Shown here: piece by piece, positions 1-9,600 of the stretch | Layout of the letters: every line of letters starts with the position of its first letter | Numbering within the stretch: the stretch's first letter is position 1 | Source: a virus | Virus record (IMG/VR): IMGVR_UViG_3300020193_000004 | Location: 51,145 to 115,144 of that record | Length of the DNA: 64,000 nucleotides | Direction: 5' to 3' (one strand) | Program-made: the position numbers and the translations under genes | Notes under the pieces: model-generated | Databases searched by the model: none | Told to the model about the DNA's origin: nothing | The model's input: the letters and a program-made list of their open reading frames with translations, nothing else

Positions 1-1094
1 CGCGCATGTCCCCACAGGCCCTTCGCCAAGGCCAGCCCGACCATCCCTCCAACGATGCCCCGCTCTACCGGCGTCCAGCCAGCGATCTTCTTGCCGTGGT
101 TCTGGCGGTCGTGGAAGATTCCGGCCGTCTTGGGCGGGGCCTGCGGTACTGCAGGATGTACGGCGTCCCAGAGCTTCTTGACGCCATAGCCGCCCAGGTG
201 GTGGGCGGCGTGGAAGATTCCGGCCGTCTTGGGCGGGGCCTGCGGTACTGCAGGATGTACGGCGTCCCAGAGCTTCTTGACGCCATAGCCGCCCAGGGCC
301 GCGGCTCCTGTCGCCAGTGCAGCCCCACCGGCGAACCTACCAGGACGCGCACGTGCGTACTCCGCGATCTCACGCAGACCGACACCTCGATAGTTCTTCG
401 AGCCCTTGATGTACTCTGTCGGTATGGAGTCGACCGCGTGCTCGGCATATGACTGGAGACCGTGCTGTGCGCGCGCAGCGAGCTCGTTGTCCCTGATCAG
501 CGCTGCCTGCTGGTGTGCATTGAAGTCGAGAAAATGGGCGCCCTTTAGACGGTCTAACGTACGCTGCCTCCACGCGTGAAACCCGCCTGCCGTTTCTGGG
601 TTCTCCTGTAGCGGAATCTTCCAGGTTGGTACGGACATCTTGACCGTAGCGGCTCCGCCTTCTCCAGGGCGGAGCTTAGCGGCCTGAGCGGCGTACATTG
701 GCGCCTTCAGGTTCTTGGACGTCGTCACGTACGCCTTGTCTGCCCACTCCTTTGGGAAGTTGCCCTTGTTAATAACGCCGGCGGCGCCACCCCGGTTTGA
801 CGGCAAGAGCCCCTGTTCGCGGATCCGTGCCGCAGACTCCGCCGTAGTGCCGTGGTAGAGCGCCTGCCGTCCTGTGACCCGTGGAACCGACATCTTGGCG
901 AGCACGCCACCACCTGCGAGCGCTCCAACTCCCGTAACGGCATCATCGGTCGTGGAGGGCTCTTGCCGGTCCGCACCCAGCTTCTGGAGCTCGTCCCCGA
1001 AGCTGGTCCAGTGGACGGTCTCTGCTGCGAGCTCGGTAATGCTCGCCTCCTTGGTCAACGGCCCCGCGAGGAGTCGATATAGACGCGCACCCAT
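1..1094 (-). CDS. Putative head/cargo protein with ADP-ribosyltransferase-fold (Tpt1/KptA-like) domain and Gly-rich hydrophobic segments; runs off the window edge
   Basis: Not in the ORF track; translated by hand from ATG 1094: MGARLYRLLAGPLTKEAS...SFGDELQKLG...ALYHGTTAESAARIREQGLLPS...AYVTTS...IPTEYI...; no stop before position 1. Confidence 0.65.
   Translation of the reverse strand, partial: MGARLYRLLAGPLTKEASITELAAETVHWTSFGDELQKLGADRQEPSTTDDAVTGVGALAGGGVLAKMSVPRVTGRQALYHGTTAESAARIREQGLLPSNRGGAAGVINKGNFPKEWADKAYVTTSKNLKAPMYAAQAAKLRPGEGGAATVKMSVPTWKIPLQENPETAGGFHAWRQRTLDRLKGAHFLDFNAHQQAALIRDNELAARAQHGLQSYAEHAVDSIPTEYIKGSKNYRGVGLREIAEYARARPGRFAGGAALATGAAALGGYGVKKLWDAVHPAVPQAPPKTAGIFHAAHHLGGYGVKKLWDAVHPAVPQAPPKTAGIFHDRQNHGKKIAGWTPVERGIVGGMVGLALAKGLWGHA
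110..297. repeat. Exact 89-bp direct repeat, 99-bp period (110-198 and 209-297), in frame
   Basis: Seen directly; duplicates LGGYGVKKLWDAVHPAVPQAPPKTAGIFH in the minus-strand ORF. Confidence 0.95.
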
Positions 1095-1097
1095 CAG

Positions 1098-1508
1098 TCA
1101 GAGCTCCCAGACGTAGTTCGGGTCCTTCAGCTTAGCCTGTACCTCACTGACGGACATGTCGCCGATGGCCTTGTCGAGGCCTGCGTCGGTCTTTGCAGAA
1201 GTGGCGTTCATCTTCTTGGCACGCTCGAGGACCTGCTGCATGCGTTCCTTGGGATCTGCAATCGCGGGCTTCACCGTGACCTTGATGTCGGGCGTAGGCA
1301 ATGCAGCCGCGAGGCTTGAGGTTCCAGTCCTCGACCGCAGGGTGTGGCGCGCAAGGAGGCCGCCACCGGCCAGCAGGCCAACGGCACCCAGGCCTGTGGC
1401 GACTGGATGCCTCTTCCAGAACGGCCGATCGCCCTCGTGCTCCTCGTCCCCGACCTTCTCGAGAGCGAGGGCGTACACGTCGTAGACTTCTGCGGCTGTT
1501 TTGAACAT
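1098..1508 (-). CDS. Small putative head/cargo protein with MFKTA leader and one hydrophobic helix
   Basis: MFKTAAEVYDVYALALEKVG; VATGLGAVGLLAGGGLLA; GGAG upstream. Confidence 0.75.
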   Translation of the reverse strand: MFKTAAEVYDVYALALEKVGDEEHEGDRPFWKRHPVATGLGAVGLLAGGGLLARHTLRSRTGTSSLAAALPTPDIKVTVKPAIADPKERMQQVLERAKKMNATSAKTDAGLDKAIGDMSVSEVQAKLKDPNYVWEL

Positions 1509-1517
1509 GGAGAACTC

Positions 1518-4343
1518 CTACTTCACTGAGACGGCACGGGCATTCGAGCCCACAGCGAGCCGGTGGAGCTTCTTCTCCTCCTGCTGTACCTCGAGACCGC
1601 GCAGGAGGTGGATCATCTGCTCATCCGTGAGGCGGGCAGAGCGCCTCGCACGTGCCCCAGTCGTGGAGAACTTCGGGTCCTTGTAGCTCGACCACGCGTT
1701 CATGCCTCCCAGAACACCGCCACCCAGGAGACCAATCGCCGCGGCGCGTGGCAGGGCATCCTTCATCGGAAGGCCGCTCTTCAGGCTCTGGACGGCCGCG
1801 GTGACTACCTGCGTGTAGCCTGTGATGAGCGCACCGAGTGCTCCGACCGCCAACGTCTGCTTCAGGATCTCCCTCTTGCGCTCGTCATCGGTCTTGGCCT
1901 TCGACACCAGGCCGTCTCCGCTCCCGGGCTTCGCTGCCTCCCGGTAGTAGGCTCGCAATGCCTCGACGTACTCCTGCTCACGCTCCTGCAGCTCCTTGGG
2001 GAGCACCACCTTGGTGGGGTCCACCGCCTCCTCGAGGTGAGGGGCGAACTCCTTCATGTAGGCCTCCATGATCGGCCTGTCGGACTTCACCAGGCGGTAA
2101 GGCTGCATGGGGAGGCGCTGCGCTGCAAGGCGGCGCTCCTTCGTCTTCTGGTCCGCTGCGGTCTTGATCGCCGCCGCCTCTGGGAGGGACCCGCGGTAGG
2201 ACCACGGGCGCTCCTCCCTCAGCATCTGCGCCTTGATCTCTGGAGTGAGACCCTCCCAGGGCATCCGCTGTGAGGTCCTCAGCATCCCATTGTGCTCGTA
2301 CTGGTGCGACCAAGGCGCCTGCTCCACCTTCCACCCGTGGCCGCCCTTCCCCAGGGAGTTCCAAAGACGAGTGGCCTCCGGAGAGACTTGTCCGTCGCTC
2401 TTCAGGGACGCGCCAGGCATACGACGCGCAACCTCCCCGTAGAACTTCCTTCCGAGCCCGAGGTTCCGGAACTCCTTCTCGATCTCGGTACCCATGATCT
2501 GCCCATCACGGGTCACCATCCGCCCAGCGGGCTTCCCACCGACCAGGAGCGTCCAGTGTGTCCGATCTGGATGCACCGAGCTTACTTCAGAGACCACCCG
2601 AGTCATTGCACGTAGACGACTCCCTGCCATCTTGGTGGCGCCACCCCCGGCGCGAGCCGCGAGGCCGTCCTCGAGGAGGTCCAGCATGTCCTCGACGGTG
2701 TCGCAGGGAGCCTCGGCGGTCTTGTCGAGGTTGCCGCGCAGCTGCTTGTTGCGCTCGTCCTTGTTCCACGCCACCTCGTAGGCCCACTCGTCCGGCGAGC
2801 GCTCACGCTTCAGCGGGTTGTAGAAGACGGGCTGGCCCTCGAGGACGCGACTGAGCATGCCGGACGGCGCGATCAGGTTCATCGTGTCCTTCGCGACCTG
2901 CGTCTTCGAGAGAGGGACGCGCGTGACGTAGCGACGGATGAGGACGTGCCGCTGGTCCTCGGGACGGTGCGCCTGCCCGCCGGCGCGCACGCCGCGGGCC
3001 TCGGCCTGGTGGATCTTCTCGGGGTTGAAGTGCCCGTCGACGTTGGCGACGAAGGTGGTGTTGCCCAGGTTCAGTCCCTCGCCGCCAGCGGAGGAGAGGA
3101 GGATGACCTTCTTCGTCCCCGCCTGGTAGTCGGCGACCGCCTGTGAGCGGCTCTGCTCGGTGGAGCCCGCCTGCCCCTTGCCCATGAAGATGCCGTGCGC
3201 GATGCCGCGGTCCTTCAGGCCTTGGCTGAGGACGTCGACCCCACCCTGGATCATGTTCGAGTAGATGATGACCTGCCCGTCCGGCGTCTCCTTCAGGTGC
3301 GTCTCCACGTCGTCCAGCACCCGCTTGATCTTGGGGGAGCGCTGCGCGGACTCCGCGAGCGTCACCGACTTGTTGACGGTGTGGATGGCGTTCGAGACCT
3401 GGCGCGCCTGGGTCATCTTGTTGAAGATGTTGTTGATATCGTTAGTCTTGAGCTTCGACGAGCCGAAGCGGAACTTCAGTGCCGTCACCGGGTCCATCTT
3501 CCCGACGACGTACTGGTAGAGCTCCTGCTGCTCGGGGGTCATGTCGACCTTGACCGTCTCCACGGTCTTCTTCGGCATCGCGCCGCCACCGGTCGAGGCG
3601 TCGACGTGGTGGATGTAGGGGTTCAGCAGCAGGCGCACGACGGGGGTGTTCTGGAGCTTCCCGTCCTCGGTCATGAACCGCCGCTCGAAGTTCTCCTTCG
3701 TACCGAGGTGGTGCTGCCCGTCCGTCATCGCGTCGACGAGCGGGACCAGGTCCGCCGGCGTGTTGCTCACGATCGAGCCCGTCAGCCCGATGAAGTTGCG
3801 GTGATGCTTCCGCGCCTCGCGGAGCGCCTTACCGGTGATCCCGATGTTCTTGATCTTGTGGAGCTCGTCGTAGATGACGGTGTCCGCCCCCGAGGACTTG
3901 ATGTACTTCTCGGGGTTGGTGCGGAAGAGGTCGTAGCTGACGACGTGGTAGCGCGCAGACGGGTCCGGGTCGTCTACATGACGGCCCGTGCCGTTGGCGA
4001 CCTCCTCGGCGTTGCCGAACACCGCGGCCTTGTCCTTCGTGAACTTGTGCACGCCCTCGTTGGTGAAGTTCTTCCGCAGGGAGGCCGGGGTCACGATGAG
4101 CGCGCGGTCGGCCATCCCGTTCTGGCGGAGACGATCGAACGCCGCGATCGCGGTGACGGTCTTCCCGGAACCGACGGGGTGGCTCAGGATGAGGTTGCCG
4201 TTCTGCCGCACGGCCTTCTGGACGGCGTCCTCCTGGTGCGGACGGAGCTCAACGCCAGCCTGCAGGGCCGAGCCCACAGCGGCCGCGAGCTTCTGCCCCA
4301 GGTTGACGAAGATGTGGAAGCCCTGCCGCTCTCGCATGGACAT
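1518..4343 (-). CDS. SNF2-family helicase/ATPase fused to a GNAT-like module and C-terminal hydrophobic helices
   Basis: LRPHQ, HPVGSGKT (motif I), IYDELH (II), LTGS (III), SSAGGEGLNL (V), QAEARGVR (VI); later EFRNLGLGRKFY. Confidence 0.85.
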   Translation of the reverse strand: MSMRERQGFHIFVNLGQKLAAAVGSALQAGVELRPHQEDAVQKAVRQNGNLILSHPVGSGKTVTAIAAFDRLRQNGMADRALIVTPASLRKNFTNEGVHKFTKDKAAVFGNAEEVANGTGRHVDDPDPSARYHVVSYDLFRTNPEKYIKSSGADTVIYDELHKIKNIGITGKALREARKHHRNFIGLTGSIVSNTPADLVPLVDAMTDGQHHLGTKENFERRFMTEDGKLQNTPVVRLLLNPYIHHVDASTGGGAMPKKTVETVKVDMTPEQQELYQYVVGKMDPVTALKFRFGSSKLKTNDINNIFNKMTQARQVSNAIHTVNKSVTLAESAQRSPKIKRVLDDVETHLKETPDGQVIIYSNMIQGGVDVLSQGLKDRGIAHGIFMGKGQAGSTEQSRSQAVADYQAGTKKVILLSSAGGEGLNLGNTTFVANVDGHFNPEKIHQAEARGVRAGGQAHRPEDQRHVLIRRYVTRVPLSKTQVAKDTMNLIAPSGMLSRVLEGQPVFYNPLKRERSPDEWAYEVAWNKDERNKQLRGNLDKTAEAPCDTVEDMLDLLEDGLAARAGGGATKMAGSRLRAMTRVVSEVSSVHPDRTHWTLLVGGKPAGRMVTRDGQIMGTEIEKEFRNLGLGRKFYGEVARRMPGASLKSDGQVSPEATRLWNSLGKGGHGWKVEQAPWSHQYEHNGMLRTSQRMPWEGLTPEIKAQMLREERPWSYRGSLPEAAAIKTAADQKTKERRLAAQRLPMQPYRLVKSDRPIMEAYMKEFAPHLEEAVDPTKVVLPKELQEREQEYVEALRAYYREAAKPGSGDGLVSKAKTDDERKREILKQTLAVGALGALITGYTQVVTAAVQSLKSGLPMKDALPRAAAIGLLGGGVLGGMNAWSSYKDPKFSTTGARARRSARLTDEQMIHLLRGLEVQQEEKKLHRLAVGSNARAVSVK

Positions 4344-4355
4344 CCGGTGCTTCCC

Positions 4356-5057
4356 CTACAGACCGCTGATCAGGCCAACGACCCTGGTGGCGATCGGGAG
4401 CATCCGCTCGTACTGGATCCCGACACCTTCCTGCAGGACCGTGCCCATGGCGTCGGTCGAGAGGGAGTGGTTGGGGACGTAGCAGGCCTCGAAGTAGTAG
4501 GCGCACATCGTGTCCTCGTTACTGTCCTTCAGCATGAGGAGGATGCCAATCGGCTGCTTGAAGAGGTCGCTGGCCAGATTGAGGTAGATGTTCTCGTAGC
4601 CGGGAGGGATGACGACGTCGTGCGGGTTGGCCACCGTCGAGGCCCCGATGTTCGGGAACACGGCGGGGACGACCGTGGGCGGGACCAGGTCCTGGTAGTA
4701 GGCGTAGAGCGTCCGGAGCAGCGAGGGCCCGTGGTACATGATACGGGACAGCGAGAGGCTGCCCATCACGCGGCCAGGGATGAAGTAGCTGCGCTCGGAC
4801 CCGATCTCGAAGAACCGGGCCAGCTGCATGTTGTTGCCGAGCTGGAAGCTCTGGACCACGCCCACCGGGTAGGCGATCTGGTCGCTACTGCTGCTGCCCG
4901 CCGAGAGCGCGGCCGCGAGGAACGAAGGGCCGCCGATGTTCGCCAGACGTGGGGGACCGGCCGCGATCAGGGTGAAGGCCGCGTTCAGAAAGCGACCGTC
5001 GACCATGCCCCCCTGTACGTACTGATCGTACGGGCTCCATTCGGAAAGCGTTGCCAT
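4356..5057 (-). CDS. Tail tube protein
   Basis: Downstream of the sheath; VGVVQSFQL...FEIGS..SYFIPGR..GSLSLSRI pattern typical of myophage tube proteins. Confidence 0.7.
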   Translation of the reverse strand: MATLSEWSPYDQYVQGGMVDGRFLNAAFTLIAAGPPRLANIGGPSFLAAALSAGSSSSDQIAYPVGVVQSFQLGNNMQLARFFEIGSERSYFIPGRVMGSLSLSRIMYHGPSLLRTLYAYYQDLVPPTVVPAVFPNIGASTVANPHDVVIPPGYENIYLNLASDLFKQPIGILLMLKDSNEDTMCAYYFEACYVPNHSLSTDAMGTVLQEGVGIQYERMLPIATRVVGLISGL

Positions 5058-5099
5058 CAGGTACTCCGCAGGGAGAGGAGGTGTGCGTGGTGAAAGAGT

Positions 5100-5126
5100 G
5101 GTGGCCCCGGTCTAACCGGGGCCACC
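5100..5126 (-). terminator. Stem-loop (12-bp perfect stem), possible terminator or processing site
   Basis: GGTGGCCCCGGT-CTA-ACCGGGGCCACC, intergenic, followed on the minus strand by ACTCTTTC. Confidence 0.6.
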
Positions 5127-5135
5127 TACAGCCGA

Positions 5136-6566
5136 CTACCGGGCGGCGCGGACGCGGTACCAGTCGATGCTCATGACCTCGGCCTCGGCCCCGGCGTCGC
5201 GCTGGATGCAGAAGATGGGCTGGAGCATGTTGGAGTTGGTCAGGGCGCCGGCGTCGAGCGTCTGGGTGATCAGCACGCCGTTGACGTAGAACTTGACCGC
5301 GTTGAGGTCGGACGCGTCGATGCGGAACACCGTGTAGGTGTTGTCGACGATGTCCAGCGTGCTGTCGTTGTCGTCGTCGTCGAGGGTACCGTCGTCGGAC
5401 TCGATGAGGATGTTCAGGTTCGCGCCTTCGACCCGGAACCAGAGGTTCGAGACGACGGCGTCGAGCCCGTCCTCGGCGTTGGTGTGTGCGGAGCAGAGCC
5501 CCACGACCGCGCGCTGGTCGGCGGAGAAGGTGGCGCCGTCGAAGTTGATCTTGAGGCGGGCCTCGAAGATCGGGTTCTTCGTGGGGTCGAAGACCAGCTG
5601 GTCGCCGAAGGTGAGCTGTCCGGCTTGGGCTTCCGAGGTGCCGTCGTGGGTGAGGGCCCAGACGCCGCCGGCGACATCGGCCACGAAGTCGCCGGCGATG
5701 TTGGCGGTCTGCAGGTCCTTGGCGAGGGGTGCCGGCAAGGTGCCGGCGGCGTCGAGCTCAAAGTCGTACGACTTGCAGAAGAAGCTCCCGCCGATGGCGC
5801 CCCAGGGCTCGCTGTCGGCGACGAGGGCGGTCTCGTAGGCGAGTACGTCGTCCACCCACAGGCGGAGCATGTAGACCTTGCCCGAGGCGAGCGCGGTCGC
5901 ATCGAAGTCGAAGGTGATCGCCGTGTCGGTGTAGATGGTGATGCCGGTCTTCGAGACGGAGCCGTCGACCGCGACGGTGTCGATCTGGAGCACGGGGAGG
6001 CTCCCCGTACCGCCGTCGACCGTCACGGTCTCGTCGGCGTCGATGTCGCCGGCGGTGCCCACGGTTGCCTGGACCATGAACTTCGCCACCGCATCGGCGT
6101 TGATCGCCGCGACGATCTCGGCCGCTGTCGAGGCCCCGCCCGCACCGCCACCGTCGGAGCCGTGCACGATCTCGATCGTACCGGCCGCGGCGTCCGCGGT
6201 GATTGCGAGGGCCGCGTTGGTGTCCTCGATGGTGACCGTGATGGTCTGCTCGCCGGGGACCACCGCGGTGAAGGTCACCTGGCCGGTGCTGTCTGCCTGG
6301 GTCCCGGTCGACTTCGTCGCGCTGTCGATGAGGTTGGTCCCGGTGATGACCAGGTCCTGGTGCTGGATGAGGGCAAGCCACCCGATCTCCCGGCTGAGCG
6401 ACTGGACCGCCGGGTAGTAGGAGTCGGACCGCGCCTCGATGATCTTGAGCGCGTCGAAGATGGCGTTATCGCGCTCGTCCAGCACGCGGTGCCTGCGGAG
6501 GGTGAGCTGCTCCTTCACGCGCTCGTAGTTGGTGACGCTCGAGAAGGCCTTGGAGTCGGTCGACAT
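5136..6566 (-). CDS. Virion structural protein with beta-rich, possibly lectin/ConA-like C-terminus
   Basis: Start moved to MSTDSKAF (ATG 6566); acidic Thr/Asp/Gly-rich; AEIVAAINAD motif; ends IDWYRVRAAR; lies between sheath and tube. Confidence 0.6.
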   Translation of the reverse strand: MSTDSKAFSSVTNYERVKEQLTLRRHRVLDERDNAIFDALKIIEARSDSYYPAVQSLSREIGWLALIQHQDLVITGTNLIDSATKSTGTQADSTGQVTFTAVVPGEQTITVTIEDTNAALAITADAAAGTIEIVHGSDGGGAGGASTAAEIVAAINADAVAKFMVQATVGTAGDIDADETVTVDGGTGSLPVLQIDTVAVDGSVSKTGITIYTDTAITFDFDATALASGKVYMLRLWVDDVLAYETALVADSEPWGAIGGSFFCKSYDFELDAAGTLPAPLAKDLQTANIAGDFVADVAGGVWALTHDGTSEAQAGQLTFGDQLVFDPTKNPIFEARLKINFDGATFSADQRAVVGLCSAHTNAEDGLDAVVSNLWFRVEGANLNILIESDDGTLDDDDNDSTLDIVDNTYTVFRIDASDLNAVKFYVNGVLITQTLDAGALTNSNMLQPIFCIQRDAGAEAEVMSIDWYRVRAAR

Positions 6567-6603
6567 GGGAGGATTCTCCGCAGATTGAGGCAGTTGAAGT
6601 GTA

Positions 6604-9600
6604 TCAAGAGACGATGGTGATCTTGATCTTGTTGCAGGGGTAGACCGGCTCGACCGAGACATCAATGAGGACGGTGTCGGGCGCGTCGGTATCCTGCAGC
6701 AGCTTCGTGAGCTCGGCCTTGCGGACCACGCCGAGCAGCTCCGCGTAGTCCAGGAAGCCCTCGTTGCAGAGGGTCAGCTGGTCGAGGAAGCCGCTAGTGA
6801 TGACGGACCGCCCGATGAACACGCGGTTCGTCGCCCGCAGGCCCTTCGCGAGCCAGTCGATCGCCTTCGTGATCGACAGCTCCTTGGTCTGGATGCTGGT
6901 CGGGTCGGTCGACAGCTGCTTCCGCGCGACCGGCACACCGCCCAGGTTGACCATCACGTAGCGGCCGGCGTCGGCGATGGTGTCGAGCTGCTTCCCATTG
7001 TAGGTGTCGTCGGTCCCATACACCCGGGTGAAGCCCGCGACCGGGAAGTTCGTGAACGGCTGCTGCGGGGGCTGCTCCGCCACCATACCGGCGATGGCCG
7101 CCGCCAGGTAGAAGCCCTCCACGTTCTGGGTCACGCCGTCGATGCTCGTGTCGACCGAGTCGCACGCCAGGTAGTAAACCCGGCGGTGCGCGAAAGCCGC
7201 GGCCTGCGACGCCGCGGCAGACGCCTCGGCGGCCAGGTCGGGGATCGTGGTCCCGGTCACGTAGAGCCTGTCGCCGCGGATCTTGAGCGTCCAGTCCGCG
7301 GCGGACAGCTCCTCGTCAAGGGTCTCGGTCGTGAAGAACCCGTCCGTGTTCTCGCCGTCCGCGAAGGTCACGCGCAGCGCGATGACCACGCCGTTGACCT
7401 CCTGCACGGAGTAGCGGCGGAGCTCCGAGACGCCCAGGGTCGTTACGACCAGCTCGAGGTAGAGGTTGTCGTCGACCGAGATCTCGTCCGAGGGGTCGAT
7501 GCCGTTCTCGATGAGGTCCGACGCCGGGTTCACGTCGAGCGTGAACGAGTTCTCGGTCCCGTTGCTCTCCCCGTTCTCGCCGCTGGCCACGGTGACGGTG
7601 ACCGCACGGTCCGGCAGCGCCGCCCAGATGAAGAGAATGCGCTCGCCGCGCTCCTCGGGGGCGCTCATCGCCTGGACGTGCGTGGACAGCAGCCCCTGCA
7701 CGTACTCGTCGGCGGTGAGCGGCGCGATGGCGTAGACCTCCTTGCTCTCGATGTACTCGATCGCGCGGCTCCATCCGTCCAGTGTCCCGTAGGGCGCGGC
7801 CGCACTCTCCTCGTCGATGCCGAGGGCGCTGATGGTTTGCGTCGGGCTGTTGGCGAGGGCCAGGAAGACGCCCAGGCACAGCGGGTTGTTGATGCTGATC
7901 GGTCCGATGGACGCCTCGAGGATCTCGGTACTCTCGAATGTCAGGAGCGCCGGGTCCTCCGCCGAGGCCGTCACGTCCTTCCGCAGCGCCGTGTACGGGA
8001 TGTACACGTCGGCGAGGGCCGAGGCGAGCGAGAATGGGATGCCAGAGCTCCGGTTGCGCAGGATGTTGGGGCCGATGTGTACCGCACCGTCCCCGTCCAG
8101 GTAGAAGTCGGGGTCCGGGCGCCCTGCTCCCTCGTCGGTGCCGGTGATGCCGAAGACCGTGTCCGCGGTAGAGGTGGAGTCGATCGCCACCTTCGACGCG
8201 GCGCCTGCGAGCAGGCTGGTCAGGACCAGCTTGCGGGTGTCCTCGGAAGCCACGTCTTCCGCACCATCGACGAGCTCGTTGATATCGTCGATGGCGGCCT
8301 GCAGCGAGTTCGTCGCGAACGTGATCTCGTAGTCGTACGGGTTGTCATCGAGGTTGAAGATCAGGATGGTGCTCTTGAGAGCGTCGGCGCCGCCGTCGTC
8401 CGCGTTGGTCCCGTTGGCTGCGCCCGCGTCGTTGTACGCCGCGGGGTCGACGTCGAAGCCCATCGCTGTGAAGCCGGCCTGCAGTGCGGCCGCCTCCAGC
8501 TCCATCACGACCCCACCGTCGATGGTGCGCACGGACACGACGTCGTTGTCGGCGCTGAACCACTCTACGAGACGCTTCGCTGCGGCGGTGATGCCGTTGA
8601 AGTTCGCCGCCGCGTTGAGCAGCTCGGTGAGCTCCTCAGCATCTGCCGAGCCGGCCATCGCGTAGGTAGCCGTGCCTGTAATGGTGGTAGTGGTGCCGCC
8701 ACCGTCGTCCGACCAGGTGAAGACGATGTCTGCGGGGGTGATACCACTGGGAGTACCACCGAGCCACGTGGCCACGGCCTGCGCGTCGGACGCGCCGGAA
8801 TCAAAGAGAACGTCGCGCAAGTTGGTACCGCCAGTACGGTCCGCGATCGTGATCGACGCCGCGCCCGTGACCGTGATCTCGAACTGCTCGTCATCGAAAT
8901 CGAAGATCACGGAGACAAGGCCCGACGCGGCACCGGCGCCGACCATCGCGGCCTCGAGCTGCGTCTCGAGGTCGGCGGCGAGCTCGTTCAGCGTCAGGCC
9001 CGTCCCGGTCGATAGCGAGATCACCACGGCGGCGGGGTTGCCGCCGGCGACGCCGGTCGTGGAGAAGTCGAAGCCGGAAGTGGCTCCCACGGTGAGGATG
9101 CCACCGAGGCCGCTGAAGTCCGTGACGCCGCCGACAGAGTCGAGCTGCGCGGGAGCGTCGCCAGTATCGTCGTGGAACCCGAGGAATCGGAACCCGTCGG
9201 TCTCGTCCACAGCGGTGATGGCGAGCGTCACGCTCGCGCCACCCTCGATCGTGGTGATGGTGATCGTGCCGGTCGTGTCCGCCCCGCCGGAGTTCGTCAT
9301 CGTCGCGATGGGGATGCCGCCGTCGTAGATGGTCGGGTCGAGGGTTCCATCGGTGGAGCCGAAGGCCTCGCAGAGCTTATCGGTCAGTGCCGCGAGCGTC
9401 CCCGCGTCCGTCGCCAGCGACACCGCCGCCGTGGTGACGGTGTGGGTGCCCTTCGAGTCCTCGATGGTGAGCTCGTAGACCTTCGTGGTCAGGTCGACCA
9501 TGGGCAGGGCGAAGAAGTCGCTCGTGAGCGCTGCCTGGGTCGCGAACTCGACGTCCTTGCCGGTGTCGGTGGTCGCGGCGGTGGTCGAGAACAGGAGCGC

